A DNA stretch of 34,203 nucleotides, taken from Octopus bimaculoides (taxonomy: Eukaryota). The stretch's first letter is position 1, and the number at the start of each line of letters is the position of its first letter. Below are positions 10,860-22,972 of the stretch, in pieces. Location: positions 22,402,347 through 22,436,549 of the forward strand of contig NC_069002.1 of NCBI RefSeq assembly GCF_001194135.2, in the 5' to 3' direction. The notes beneath the pieces are model-generated. The model was not told the origin of the DNA, did not search any database, and saw only the letters and a program-made list of their open reading frames with translations. Position numbers and translations under genes: made by a program.

Positions 10860-11010
10860 TAAGGCGGCGATCTGGCAGAATCGCTAGTTCGCTGGAAAAT
10901 TGCTTAACAGCATCTCATATGTCTTTAGGTTCTGAGTTCAAATTCTGCCGAGGTCAACTCTGCTTTTCATCCTTTCTGGGTCGATAAAATAAGTAGCAGT
11001 GAAATACTGG
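10860..11010 (+). mobile_element. tRNA-derived SINE (GGCGAGCTGGCAGAATC-head family)
   Basis: aaggcggcgatctggcagaatcgctag head, box B gagttcaaattc, body catcctttctgggtcgataaaataagt. Confidence 0.8.
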
Positions 11011-11044
11011 GGCCAAAACTCGAAATCAATATGAATAACACAAC

Positions 11045-11185
11045 AGGCAGTGAACTGGTGGAATAGTTAGCATACTGGACAAATTGCCTCACAGCATTTC
11101 GTCCCTCTTTACGTTCGGAATTCAAATTCCACCGAAATTAATTTTGTCTTTCGTCCTTTCGGGGTCGATTAAATAAGTACCTACC
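11045..11185 (+). mobile_element. Second adjacent SINE copy of the same family
   Basis: ggcagtgaactggtggaatagttagc head, gaattcaaattcc, cctttcggggtcgattaaataagtacc. Confidence 0.75.
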
Positions 11186-12473
11186 AAGTTCTGAGCTTCA
11201 TACAATTGACTTCTCCAAAAACTGTCGACTTGTACCCAAAATTTGAAGCCATTATAATATTCTTTAGGGCAAAAATCTAAGCATAACTGTGTGGGTATTT
11301 CTACGGTTGGATGCACTTCCTGATGCTGACTCTTTTCCCTGTTAAATAAGAAGGTATTCCTGGTTTGGGATCGCTGAGCTTCCGGACATATTGTTGATGC
11401 AGGGCATAAACATTGTCACCGATGGGTGAACGGTGATATGCAGATGCAGCAGGCGCACATACACACACACGCACACATTTAGTAGTTTGAAATTACATAA
11501 CCCATCGTACATACATACACACAGGATGGGCTTCGTGCAGTTTCCATCTACCAAATTCATTCACGGCCTGGAGTCACAAGAGAAGACACATCTTTAAGGC
11601 GTGATGTAGTCATATATTAATTCATTGTTATTTTGAGGAAATTCATTAGATTCACGTGTAACATATTCTTCATGGTTACATCGCTTTTCTTTTCATATTC
11701 CATTATCATATTCTCGTTCCTGGTACCGTGATGCAACCATAGTAACTCTCACTCTTTAAACACTTATATGTGTGTGTGTGTATAAATACACACACACATA
11801 TATACATGTATATGTGTGTGCGTGTATGTACATATACACAGCAGACACACACGCACACGTGTGTTTGTGTATGTATGTTCCATAATGTCTTAGCTGGCCA
11901 AAACTTGGAAGTTACCCTCAACAACATTTTTGTATAAGAATAATAAGTTTGTACTCTACTAAAGTACAGAGCAGCCCATCAGAGTAATATAAAATTGTTT
12001 GTATTATAACTGAATATGGAAATATGTGTGCATGTGCGTGCGTGCGTGTGTGTGTGTGTGTGCATGCATGCATGTATGTATGTATGTATGTATGTATGTA
12101 TGTATGTATCTGTGTGCATGTATACCACTTCAACTCGTTATGGCTTAAAAGCTCTTACTGTTGTTTTTACTGTTTTGTTCTCACTGTCCTGTTTTTGTAC
12201 CACTCTAACCCTCCGCAAATCCCAAATTTTATTTAATTTGCTTTGCGGAAACGACTGTTTTAACGAAGTCGCGTCTTGTCCCAACATTCGAAAGGCAGAG
12301 TAGATAAAACAGGGGACAACTGATGAAGGGATTGTTGTTTATGTTGCTTGTCTCATTTTTCTATTTGTTTCTTTCGTTGTTCGAAAAAAAGTTCGTTTTC
12401 CATGTTTTTGTTTTTCTTATGTTCTCGTTTTTCAATTTGTTCACCTCTTCTTGACGTCCTGTACCCATATATG

Positions 12474-12951
12474 TGTAAGGGACGACCGTGCGAACTCAAA
12501 AAGGAGAAATGGTGACGAATGGAAAATCAGAGGACTCCTTTTATTTAAACGCGTCACACGGTCGAACACACAATTATATATCAATGATGATATACATGAC
12601 ATGTTATGCGACGATAACATAGATGACCAGCAATGAAAGACCACAACCGTATTAAATGAATAACAGAGATATTTATTGTGGCGTTAAAGATGTATGTCTG
12701 TGTGAGAGTGTGAATGCGACATATAAGAACATAATCAAAGACAGGCCGTCATACAAAGAAAAGTGTGTATGTGAGTGATACATGTGTGTGAGTTATTACA
12801 GCAGATAGAAAGAGAGTCAATAACACGTGAACAATTATACCAGTTCTTGGGTACACAATAATATGAATCTGTATGTTGGCTGAGTTTGGCAGAGCTGATC
12901 ACTTGTTGTGATGTCGTGGCATCGATGCCGGGCCGTGATTCTTGTTATACA
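12474..12951. mobile_element. Possible LTR (TGTA...TACA), right flank lost in a gap
   Basis: Starts TGTAAGGG and ends GTTATACA at the gap edge; reverse-strand AATAAA about 70 nt from the left end. No TSD or PBS can be checked. Confidence 0.4.
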
Positions 12952-13602
12952 NNNNNNNNNNNNNNNNNNNNNNNNNNNNNNNNNNNNNNNNNNNNNNNNN
13001 NNNNNNNNNNNNNNNNNNNNNNNNNNNNNNNNNNNNNNNNNNNNNNNNNNNNNNNNNNNNNNNNNNNNNNNNNNNNNNNNNNNNNNNNNNNNNNNNNNNN
13101 NNNNNNNNNNNNNNNNNNNNNNNNNNNNNNNNNNNNNNNNNNNNNNNNNNNNNNNNNNNNNNNNNNNNNNNNNNNNNNNNNNNNNNNNNNNNNNNNNNNN
13201 NNNNNNNNNNNNNNNNNNNNNNNNNNNNNNNNNNNNNNNNNNNNNNNNNNNNNNNNNNNNNNNNNNNNNNNNNNNNNNNNNNNNNNNNNNNNNNNNNNNN
13301 NNNNNNNNNNNNNNNNNNNNNNNNNNNNNNNNNNNNNNNNNNNNNNNNNNNNNNNNNNNNNNNNNNNNNNNNNNNNNNNNNNNNNNNNNNNNNNNNNNNN
13401 NNNNNNNNNNNNNNNNNNNNNNNNNNNNNNNNNNNNNNNNNNNNNNNNNNNNNNNNNNNNNNNNNNNNNNNNNNAACTCTTTGACGTTTCCAGCCCATAC
13501 TCTTCGAGAGAAGGGATTAAGAGGGGGAAAAACAGTGAACAAAAACAAAAATAGAGAGAAAAATATACAGCCCCATCTTCCACCCGCCCCCCACACACAC
13601 AT

Positions 13603-13860
13603 CATCACCATCATCATCATTTAACGTCTGCTTTCTGCGACTGTTTTGGCAGGATTTTTACAGCTGTATGCCCTTCCTAACACCAACCACTCAGCAGAGT
13701 GGATTTGGTGCTTTTTATGTGGCACAAGCACAGGCAAGGTCAGTTTTGGCAAGGTTTTTACTGCTGGATGCCCTTCCAAACACCAATTACTTTACAGTGT
13801 GGACTGGGTGCTTTTAAGTGGCACCTGCACTGGCATAATCACCAAGTACCTTGCAAGACA
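13603..13860 (-). mobile_element. RTE-LINE-type 3' end fragment(s)
   Basis: (CAT)n then ttaacgtctgctttc...gctgtatgcccttcctaacaccaaccactcag, with an internal duplication of this motif. Confidence 0.7.
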
Positions 13861-13977
13861 AAAAATCTCTTTTGAGAGGAGAGGCGATATTGGAGGAAGT
13901 GATCTTGTGTCAGATGATGAAAGGTTATAGTGAGGTAGAGAGACAGAAACAAGTGTCTTGCTGTAGAGGAGAGCCGG

Positions 13978-14059
13978 AGAGAAAGAAAGAAAGAAAGAGA
14001 GAGAGGGAGAGGGAGAGATAGAAAGAGAGAGAGAGAGCGAGAGCGAGAGAGAGAGAGAA

Positions 14060-14120
<61 letters not shown>
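13978..14120. repeat. (GA)n / (GAAA)n purine microsatellite
   Basis: Direct reading. Confidence 0.95.
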
Positions 14121-14122
<2 letters not shown>

Positions 14123-14470
14123 TCAGGAATGTAGACAGAAACAGGTATGCTGCCGCAAAGGAAATACATGGTTATCCAACCTGAAGGAAGTGCAAGATGA
14201 GAGAGAGAGTGGGAGACAGCAGGACAGAGATGGTGGCAAAGTGCCAGACATACATAATGGTACAGCGAGACAGGGCGTTGGTGGAACACACAGGTCAGAA
14301 ACTAGCGGAGAGCAATGATACAGTGGCACAGGGCCAATAGGTCGGGATTGGAGAGTGGAAGGTTAGCCTAATGCATGAAGTGAGGAAGAGAAGAGATGTA
14401 GAGATGTAGTTTGGTTTGTTATGGTAGAGTGTATGAGAAATTTTCTTGTTAAATGTGGGTGGGACACACA

Positions 14471-16672
14471 CATCATCATCATAATAATCATCGTTTAACG
14501 TCCGCTTTCCATGCTAGCATGGGTTGGACGATTTGACTGAGGACTGGTGAAAACTAGATGGCTACACCAGGCTCCAATCTGATTTGGAAGAGTTTCTATA
14601 GCTGGATGCCCTTCCTAACGCCAACCACTCTGAGAGTGTAGCGGGTGCTTTTACGCACAAGAGCCAGTCCAGGGGCACTGGCAACGATCTCACTCGAAAG
14701 TCCTTACACATGCCACGGGCCCAAGTGCCAGAAAGGCGACGCTGGGCACAGGTGCAATCCCGATTTCGCTTTCGCTTGCCTCAATAAGTCTTCGCAAGCT
14801 GAGTTTCATGTCCAACGAAGGAGACGACGTTGGCATGGGTGCCAGTCGTCGAATTTAGTTCGGTTTTGATTTCACTTGCCTCAACAGGTCTTCGCAAGCG
14901 GAGTTTAGTGTCCAATGTAGGAAAGGTACGCATAAATGGGCTGGCTACACCCCTGGCAGACGCCTTGGATTTAGGTCTCACTTGGTTTACCAGGTCTTCT
15001 CACGCACAGCATATTTCCAAAGGTCTCGGTCAGAAGTCATCGCCTCGGTGAGGCCCAATGTTCGAAGGTCTTGCCTCACCACCTCAGCCCAGATCTTCCT
15101 GGGCCTACCTCTTCCACGGGTTCCCGCAACTGTTAGGGTGCGGCACTTTTTCACGCTGCTATCCTCGTCCATTCTCGCCACATGTCCATACCAGCGCATC
15201 ATCTCTCTTGCACACCCCAACTGATGCTTCTTATGTTCAACTTTTATCTCAAGATACTTACACTCTGTCGGGTATGCACACTGACATTACTCATCCATCG
15301 GAGAATACTGGCTTCATTCCTTTCGAGCTTACGCATGTCCTCAGCAGTCACATCCCATGTTTCACTGCCATGTAGCATGGCTGTTCGTACACATGCGTCA
15401 TACNNNNNNNNNNNNNNNNNNNNNNNNNNNNNNNNNNNNNNNNNNNNNNNNNNNNNNNNNNNNNNNNNNNNNNNNNNNNNNNNNNNNNNNNNNNNNNNNN
15501 NNNNNNNNNNNNNNNNNNNNNNNNNNNNNNNNNNNNNNNNNNNNNNNNNNNNNNNNNNNNNNNNNNNNNNNNNNNNNNNNNNNNNNNNNNNNNNNNNNNN
15601 NNNNNNNNNNNNNNNNNNNNNNNNNNNNNNNNNNNNNNNNNNNNNNNNNNNNNNNNNNNNNNNNNNNNNNNNNNNNNNNNNNNNNNNNNNNNNNNNNNNN
15701 NNNNNNNNNNNNNNNNNNNNNNNNNNNNNNNNNNNNNNNNNNNNNNNNNNNNNNNNNNNNNNNNNNNNNNNNNNNNNNNNNNNNNNNNNNNNNNNNNNNN
15801 NNNNNNNNNNNNNNNNNNNNNNNNNNNNNNNNNNNNNNNNNNNNNNNNNNNNNNNNNNNNNNNNNNNNNNNNNNNNNNNNNNNNNNNNNNNNNNNNNNNN
15901 NNNNNNNNNNNNNNNNNNNNNNNNNNNNNNNNNNNNNNNNNNNNNNNNNNNNNNNNNNNNNNNNNNNNNNNNNNNNNNNNNNNNNNNNCTAGGTATTTCT
16001 CCTGCAGCTGTCTTACCAGAAATATGGCATCAGTGGTGCTTTTCCCTGGCACGAACCCAAACTGCATCTCATCTAAATTGATTCACTCTCTAATTAGTTG
16101 GGCTATGACCCTCTCCGTGACTTTCATTACCTGATCTAACAGCTAGACGCCTCTGTAATTATTTGTATCTAAAGCGTCACCTTTACCTTTGTAGCAGTTG
16201 GCTATGGCGCTGCTACACCAGTCATTGGGTATGACTCCTTCGTGTATCACCTGGTTCGTAATACGGTGACTAGGCTATAGCCAACACTGCCAGATATTTT
16301 GAGCATCTCTGCAGTGATTCCTGAGGGCCGGGGGCTTTCCCTGTCTTCATACGCTTAATTGCTTTATCTACCATGGGACTGTCGACTCGGATAGCTGGTC
16401 CCTCTGTTGAGTTGACATTTGGCAGACTCTCTTTCTCTGATTCATTCTCTTTATTGAGCAATCTTTCATAGTGGCGTCTCCAAATCTCTTTCTTTGCAGC
16501 CTCATTCAGTGCAAGTGTACCATCATCCATGCAAACACATCTCTCTACCACGACATTACGATTCTCTCTCACACACTGTCTTGCAACACAAAAAACCTCA
16601 AGTATTTGGTCCTCACGGCACAGAACATTGGCAAACTTTTTCTTATCTGCTTATCTGCTAGTAAACCTGTCT
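14471..16672 (-). mobile_element. RTE (BovB-like) LINE, 5'-truncated and inactivated
   Basis: Reverse-strand peptides RRHYERLLNKENE...KAIKRMKTGKAPGP, MQFGFVPGKSTTDAIFLVRQLQEKYL (RT domain) and WYGHVARMD...GTRGRGRPRKIW (RTE C-terminus). 3' UTR and (GAT)n-type tail at 14471. Frameshift after GKAPGP and an in-frame stop near 16145. The RT core lies in the gap 15404-15988. Confidence 0.93.
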
Positions 16673-16897
16673 CACATATATATATATAGGTATGGTGATG
16701 CAAACAGGAAAAATAGAACTTGGGCCTGTTGCTTCTACTTAATATTAATATGTGTGTGCATGTGTGTGTGTATATGTATATAGAAATGGTAATGTACNNN
16801 NNNNNNNNNNNNNNNNNNNNNNNNNNNNNNNNNNNNNNNNNNNNNNNNNNNNNNNNNNNNNNNNNNNNNNNNNNNNNNNNNNNNNNNNNNNNNNNNN

Positions 16898-17610
16898 GCA
16901 AAAAGCACTTTTCATTTTGAAGTCTAGTGGGTTAATATAGGCTAGATTTTGAAGTCTAGTGTGTTAATATAGGCTAGAATGGTTGATGAAAACATTATAT
17001 TTATCAAAGTGTTCATTAAAGTCACAACCTTTTTCACAAAACTCAAACTCACAAAATTTGGCAAATAACCATGAAAAACCAGCAAAACTTGAAAATGCGA
17101 ATTTCGTATTTTACAGTCGTTTTTTGACACTTTTAGGTAGTTTTCGTTTTTGCATAAACCACTATTCATTTTGAAGTCTAGTGGGTTAATATAGGCTAGA
17201 TGGTTGATGAAAACATTATATTGTGAAAAAAGTCACAACCCTTTTCACAATACTCAAAATCACAAAATTTTGCAAATAAGCATAAAAAAAACGACAAAAT
17301 TTGAAAATGAGAATTTCGTGTCTTCCAGTCGTTTTTTCACACTTTTAGTTTTCATTTCTACAAACAGCACTTTTCATTTTGAAGTCTAGTGGGTTAATAT
17401 AGGCTAGATGGTTGATGAAAACATAATATTTATCAAAGAGTTCACCGAAGTCACAACCTTTTCCACAAAACTCAAAATTTTGCAAGTAAGCATGAAAAAC
17501 CGACAAAATTTGAAAATGAGAATTTCGCGTTTTCCAGTCGTTTTTTTCACACTTTTAGATAGTTTTCATTTTTGCAAAAAGCACTTTTCATTTTGAAGTC
17601 TAGTGGATTA
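16898..17610. repeat. Tandem repeat, ~210-bp unit, about 3.3 copies visible
   Basis: Anchor GAAGTCTAGTGG at 16919, 17173, 17381 and 17595 (periods 254, 208, 214; the first unit has an internal ~32-bp duplication). Abuts a gap on the left. Confidence 0.9.
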
Positions 17611-17904
17611 ATATTAACTTATTTGAACCCATTAGATTTCCCCGGTTGTGTTTTAGTAAAAAAAAAATGTTTAACTTCTTGCATAGTTCGAGCTCACAGC
17701 AACATAATATCTCCTCCACTATTTAAGTATTACGTGTCAAAAGTGAAACAAAAACACTCGTGTCAAATACTTTCACTTTAAAAATGAAAGTTTTCCCCTA
17801 TTTCAGTATCAAAACTGAAACAATCACATTTCGATACTGTAATGACAGATACTTTCACTTTAATGGTTTCATTTTCATACTGCATCTACTACTGGGAAAC
17901 TATA

Positions 17905-17975
17905 CTCTCACATATATACAGGCATACATACATACATATATGCATGCATATATATATCTACACAAATGTATCCAT

Positions 17976-18050
<75 letters not shown>

Positions 18051-18212
18051 TGTGTATGTATACATATACATGTATATGTACACGTATATGTATAGATATA
18101 TAGATGTAGATCTATATGCATACATGTATATGTATACATGTGTAGATGTATATATATATATATAGATGTACATGTAATATGTACACATATATACATGCAT
18201 ACAGATATCTAT

Positions 18213-18248
<36 letters not shown>

Positions 18249-18260
18249 ATGCACACAAAC
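17905..18260. repeat. Compound (TA)n/(GA)n/(CA)n microsatellite
   Basis: Direct reading. Similar tracts at 11760-12120, 22970-23190, 28085-28330 and 30000-30230. Confidence 0.95.
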
Positions 18261-19387
18261 ACACATTACTCATTGTTTTTTTTACCCAAAACGACGTCAT
18301 AAGTATTGAATGGATCTTTATGAAATTTGGAAATTATATTCTATGCATAACGGCCATAACCCCCATGAAAATTCATACATTTTTCGTGTTGATGAAATTT
18401 TAACCATATGTATTACACATAAATAAAGTAATATTTCTAAAATTTCTTCTTAGAAGTTACAAAGACACCTTCATGGGGACTTCAAACCTACAATTTAGTC
18501 ATTTTTCCTAAGCAAAGACTAATACAGTTGTACTACTGAAACCTATAGGGTCACCCGAACATAACAGATGTGCATTATTTGTAATTCAACAGTACAACAG
18601 TGTAAGACTATCCTTTCAGATATACTTAGATTGTGATTTCTGCAATGTAGTGCATAAATTGTCAAGTAAATGAAATGCATCTTTGCCTCCACTAATTCAC
18701 TTGCAAAGTGTTGAGTAAAATTATTTCGTTGCAGACCTCCATTGAGGTTTTCTATTATTACTGAGTCACACATAGTCCCCGGTTGGTAACATCGATTTCA
18801 AGGCCTTCCCAGATGAGTGACTGGTTGTTCTAAGACATTTATTGATTGTACATTTTTTCTGCCCAGTTACCTATCGGTGTAGTGGTCATTTGCAAACTCC
18901 AGAGGCGACACTTTCATTTCCCTTCACTCCAAACGTCACACGTTGTTATTTCAATTGGGTCATGCACTTCCAATTGCTATAGATCCGTAATGCATCTTAC
19001 AGCTGTGCCTGTCACCTGTATGGTGAGGAATCCTACATTGGGGAGTAGTAATGACTACGCTAGGGTAGCCGACTGATTATCGTAATCATTCGTCTTTTGG
19101 TTTCTCTCTTTTACAAACCCAGTGAACATACATATATTTCCTATTTCAAAGAAATTCAAACAATACATATTAGACCCAAGTTAAAAACATTCCCAACAAT
19201 TCAACTTCTCTGGTTGACATTAACACACCCACTCCCAATAGGGGCCTTCATTCCTACATTTTAGAGCTCCATTTTTCAGGAGCAAAATCATTTTTACAAG
19301 TTCCAGAAGATTGAAATTTTGGAATATGCGCATAAAGATCAATAGTATGGGATACATGTCTCATGATTAATTAACACTGCAACAGAA

Positions 19388-19690
19388 CTTTTCCCACAGT
19401 GGAACAATGGGTTTTCTGTGACAGCAGTTTTACATTTTCCAGATGCCTTTAGCTAGGCCGAAATAAAGTCTTCACCACTTGACCCTTTCTAACCTCTTCA
19501 AATCCACCAAAAGCTAGAATAGAGATAACAAGACCACCAATTAAATCTATTGCTCTCAATGATATGTCTATCCTTCTGGATTGTTATAAAAGCAAGGAAA
19601 CCCCAAGCAAAAAGTGAGTTCAGTCACCAGTCGGTGACGACTCAACGAGTCCAGTCACATGGTGACGAGTCAGTGAGAACGAAGTCTGGC
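19388..19690. repeat. Unclassified dispersed repeat, copy 2
   Basis: Colinear with 7985-8265. Confidence 0.8.
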
Positions 19691-19899
19691 TGACCAGCTA
19701 GAACCTTGGTCAGAGGGAGAAATGAAGTTTACTGTCAGCAACTGTGAGACAACGTCCCACACCCTATAACTCTCACTAGCTCTAATTCTATTCTCTTACA
19801 ACATCATTCCATCTCTCTGTAATTACTACTAAACAATGAAGAGGACACAAACTTTACTTCGCATATTTTTGGATACCGTCGAGGTATGGTATTTTTCAA

Positions 19900-20099
19900 C
19901 GTAACGATAAATAAATACTTTCTTAAAACTCCATGCATTGTTCATCTTTCCCATCTTACAACATGCAATTATAACAACAAATTTTTATTGGCAGAAGTGC
20001 TGACTCCGACATCATCATAATCGGTGTCCCTCGACTTCTACGCAAATTATTATCATTACAACTAAAAACTTTATCGTTACAAACTGGCGATCACGACGT
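19900..20099 (+). mobile_element. LTR-like segment plus tRNA-Trp-like PBS, copy 2
   Basis: CGTAACGATAAATAAATA...ATCGTTACA (19900-20081) then aac-TGGCGATCACGACGT (12/15 to TGGTGACCCCGACGT). Homologous to 8650-8858. Confidence 0.55.
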
Positions 20100-20159
20100 T
20101 GCACCATAACACACATAGCTACAACAATAAAACAATAACCGTTACATATATATCTAAAT

Positions 20160-20645
20160 CACTGACGTGGCTGATGACAGTACCGCCTGATTGGCACTTG
20201 TGCCAGTGGAACATTAAAAGCACCATCCGAGCGTGATTGTTACCAGGGCCGCTAACTGGCTCCCATGCCGTGTCACGTAAAGAGCACCATTCAAGTGTGA
20301 TTATTGCCAGCGTTGCCTTACTGGCACATGTGCCAGTGGCACGTGAAAAACATCTAACATCTGTGCATGGTCGTTGCCAGTGCTGCCCGACTGGCACCCC
20401 GTGCAGGTAGCACATAAAAAACACCTTTTGAGCGTGGACGTTGCCAGTACTGCCTGACTGGCCTTCGTGCTGGTGACATGTAAAAATCACCCACTACACT
20501 CTCAGAGTGGTTGGCTTTAGGAAAGGCATCCAGCTGTAGAAACTTTGCCAGATCAGATTAGAGCCTGGTGTAGCCTTCTGGCTCACCAGTCCTCAGTCAA
20601 ACCATCCAACCCATGCCAGCATGGAAAGCAGACGTTAAATGACGA
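20160..20645 (+). mobile_element. RTE-LINE 3' UTR fragment with internal ~70-bp tandem repeats
   Basis: Repeated actggc...gtgcc...cacgtaaaa..cacc units followed by the RTE 3' end (reverse complement of 14471-14660). Confidence 0.85.
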
Positions 20646-20654
20646 TATATATAT

Positions 20655-20812
20655 ATCATCATATATTTGTTGTCCATGCTGGCATGGGTTGGACAGTTTG
20701 ACCAGAGCTACTAAACTGAGGAGCTGGACCATTCTCCAGTCTGATTTGGTGTGGCTTCTATGGCTGGATGCCCTTCCTGACACTAGCCACTCTGAGAGTA
20801 TAATGGGTGCTT
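20655..20812 (-). mobile_element. RTE-LINE 3' end fragment, tail-to-tail with the preceding copy
   Basis: tccatgctggcatgggttgg...ctgatttgg...gctggatgcccttcc, homologous to 14500-14650. Confidence 0.8.
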
Positions 20813-20960
20813 CTACATGCATGGGTGTCAGTTGCAAGAACATAAGTAAGTGATCTTTGGGTAGGCTTGAACTATCAACCTTTCAGTTAAAAATTGAATG
20901 CACTAACTGGTTACATCACAGAAACAACCATACATAATATATAAATATATATATAAATAT

Positions 20961-21254
20961 TCTTTTACTTGCTTCATTCATTTGACTGTGGCCATGCTGG
21001 AGCACCACTTTTAGTCAAGCAAATTGATCCTAGGACTTGGTCTTTGTAAGCCGAGAACTTATTCCATCGGTCTTTTTTGCCAAACCGCTACGTTATAGGG
21101 ACATAAACACATAAACATGCACAAATATATACAAATGGCTTCTTTCAGTTCCCATCTATGAAATCCACTCACAAGGCCAAGGTGCCACGCAGTGGGACTG
21201 AACCCGGAACCATGTAGTTGATAAGCAAGCCACTAACCACACAGCCACTCCTAC
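20961..21254 (-). mobile_element. Octopus-type tRNA-derived SINE
   Basis: Reverse complement begins taggagtggctgtgtggttagtggcttgc...ggttccgggttcagtcccactgcgtggcacc (A/B boxes) and ends gctccagcatggccacagtcaaatg...gcaagtaaaaga. Confidence 0.85.
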
Positions 21255-21279
21255 ATATATATATATATATATGTGTTAT

Positions 21280-21315
<36 letters not shown>

Positions 21316-21317
21316 CC

Positions 21318-22372
21318 TTCATTGGACATGAAACTCAGCTTGCAAAGACTTATTGGGGCNNNNNNNNNNNNNNNNNNNNNNNNNNNNNNNNNNNNNNNNN
21401 NNNNNNNNNNNNNNNNNNNNNNNNNNNNNNNNNNNNNNNNNNNNNNNNNNNNNNNNNNNNNNNNNNNNNNNNNNNNNNNNNNNNNNNNNNNNNNNNNNNN
21501 NNNNNNNNNNNNNNNNNNNNNNNNNNNNNNNNNNNNNNNNNNNNNNNNNNNNNNNNNNNNNNNNNNNNNNNNNNNNNNNNNNNNNNNNNNNNNNNNNNNN
21601 NNNNNNNNNNNNNNNNNNNNNNNNNNNNNNNNNNNNNNNNNNNNNNNNNNNNNNNNNNNNNNNNNNNNNNNNNNNNNNNNNNNNNNNNNNNNNNNNNNNN
21701 NNNNNNNNNNNNNNNNNNNNNNNNNNNNNNNNNNNNNNNNNNNNNNNNNNNNNNNNNNNNNNNNNNNNNNNNNNNNNNNNNNNNNNNNNNNNNNNNNNNN
21801 NNNNNNNNNNNNNNNNNNNNNNNNNNNNNNNNNNNNNNNNNNNNNNNNNNNNNNNNNNNNNNNNNNNNNNNNNNNNNNNNNNNNNNNNNNNNNNNNNNNN
21901 NNNNNNNNNNNNNNNNNNNNNNNNNNNNNNNNNNNNNNNNNNNNNNNNNNNNNNNNNNNNNNNNNNNNNNNNNNNNNNNNNNNNNNNNNNNNNNNNNNNN
22001 NNNNNNNNNNNNNNNNNNNNNNNNNNNNNNNNNNNNNNNNNNNNNNNNNNNNNNNNNNNNNNNNNNNNNTTCCTGGCATGTGTAAAGACATTCGAGTGAG
22101 ATCATTGCCAGTGCCACTGGACTGGCTCCTGTGCAAGTGGCACGTAAAATACACCATTTTGAGCATGGCCATTGCCAGTACCGCCTGACTGGCCTTTGTG
22201 CTGGTGGCACGTAAAAGCACCCACTACACTCTCGGAGTGGTTGGCGTTAAATCCAGCTGTAGAAACTCTGCCAAATCAGATTGGAGCCTGGTGTAGCCAT
22301 CTGGTTCACCAGTCTTCAGTCAAATCATCCAACCCATGCTAGCATGGAAAGCGGACGTTAAACAATGAAGAT
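21318..22372 (+). mobile_element. RTE-LINE 3' UTR fragment spanning a gap
   Basis: The left contig end matches the reverse complement of ~14870-14915; the right contig (22070-22372) matches the RTE 3' end and tail. Confidence 0.75.
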
Positions 22373-22398
22373 GATATATATATATGTATGTATATATG

Positions 22399-22972
22399 AG
22401 CAATAATAAATCTCTGAACGAGGTATAAACAGTAGCTGCACAACAACGTAAAGTATATTTGCCACTTAAATGCGGCTAACCACTAAGGGTGAATGCTACT
22501 GTAGCTTGTAGCCCCAGGTGAACATCTCCTGTGCCCTATCGGCAAATACCGACAGGGCACAGAAAGTGTGTCAATAGCTAGCTGGAAGAGATGTTCTCCT
22601 GGGGCTACAAGCTACAGTAGCAGTCACCTTTAGTGGTTAGCCACATTTAAGTGGCAAATATACTTCACGTTGTTGTGCAACTACTGTTTATACCTCGTTC
22701 AGAGATTTATTATTGCTTGTTTACACTTTTTCGAGATCAGTGCATTTTCGTCACTGGAAAAAGGATATATGTATTTGCATTGGGACCCCTTCGCATTGGA
22801 GATCAGTGATTGTCAGATCGACGATTGGAAGGATGACTTCCCTTTGCAAATACCGATAGGGCACAGAAAGTGTGTCAATAGCCAGCTGAAGATGTTCTCC
22901 TGGGGCTACAAGCTACAGTAGCATTCACTCTTAGTGGTTAGCCGCATTTAAGTAGCAAATATACTTCACGTT
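22399..22972. repeat. 319-bp imperfect palindrome plus a direct-repeat third arm
   Basis: Arms 22399-22528 and 22588-22717 (6 mismatches in 130 bp), inner 14-bp stem 22529-22542/22549-22562 with a CAAATA loop, third arm copy 22846-22972. Confidence 0.92.

Noticed and set aside
12320-12385. Hammerhead candidate CTGATGA at 12320 (also ATGATGAGG...GAAAC near 29315)
   Set aside because: No helix II pairing leads to a GAAA at a suitable distance.
18290-18420. Helitron/DINE-like motif (ATGAAATTTGG)
   Set aside because: Only a short motif; no terminal hairpin or CTRR end could be identified.
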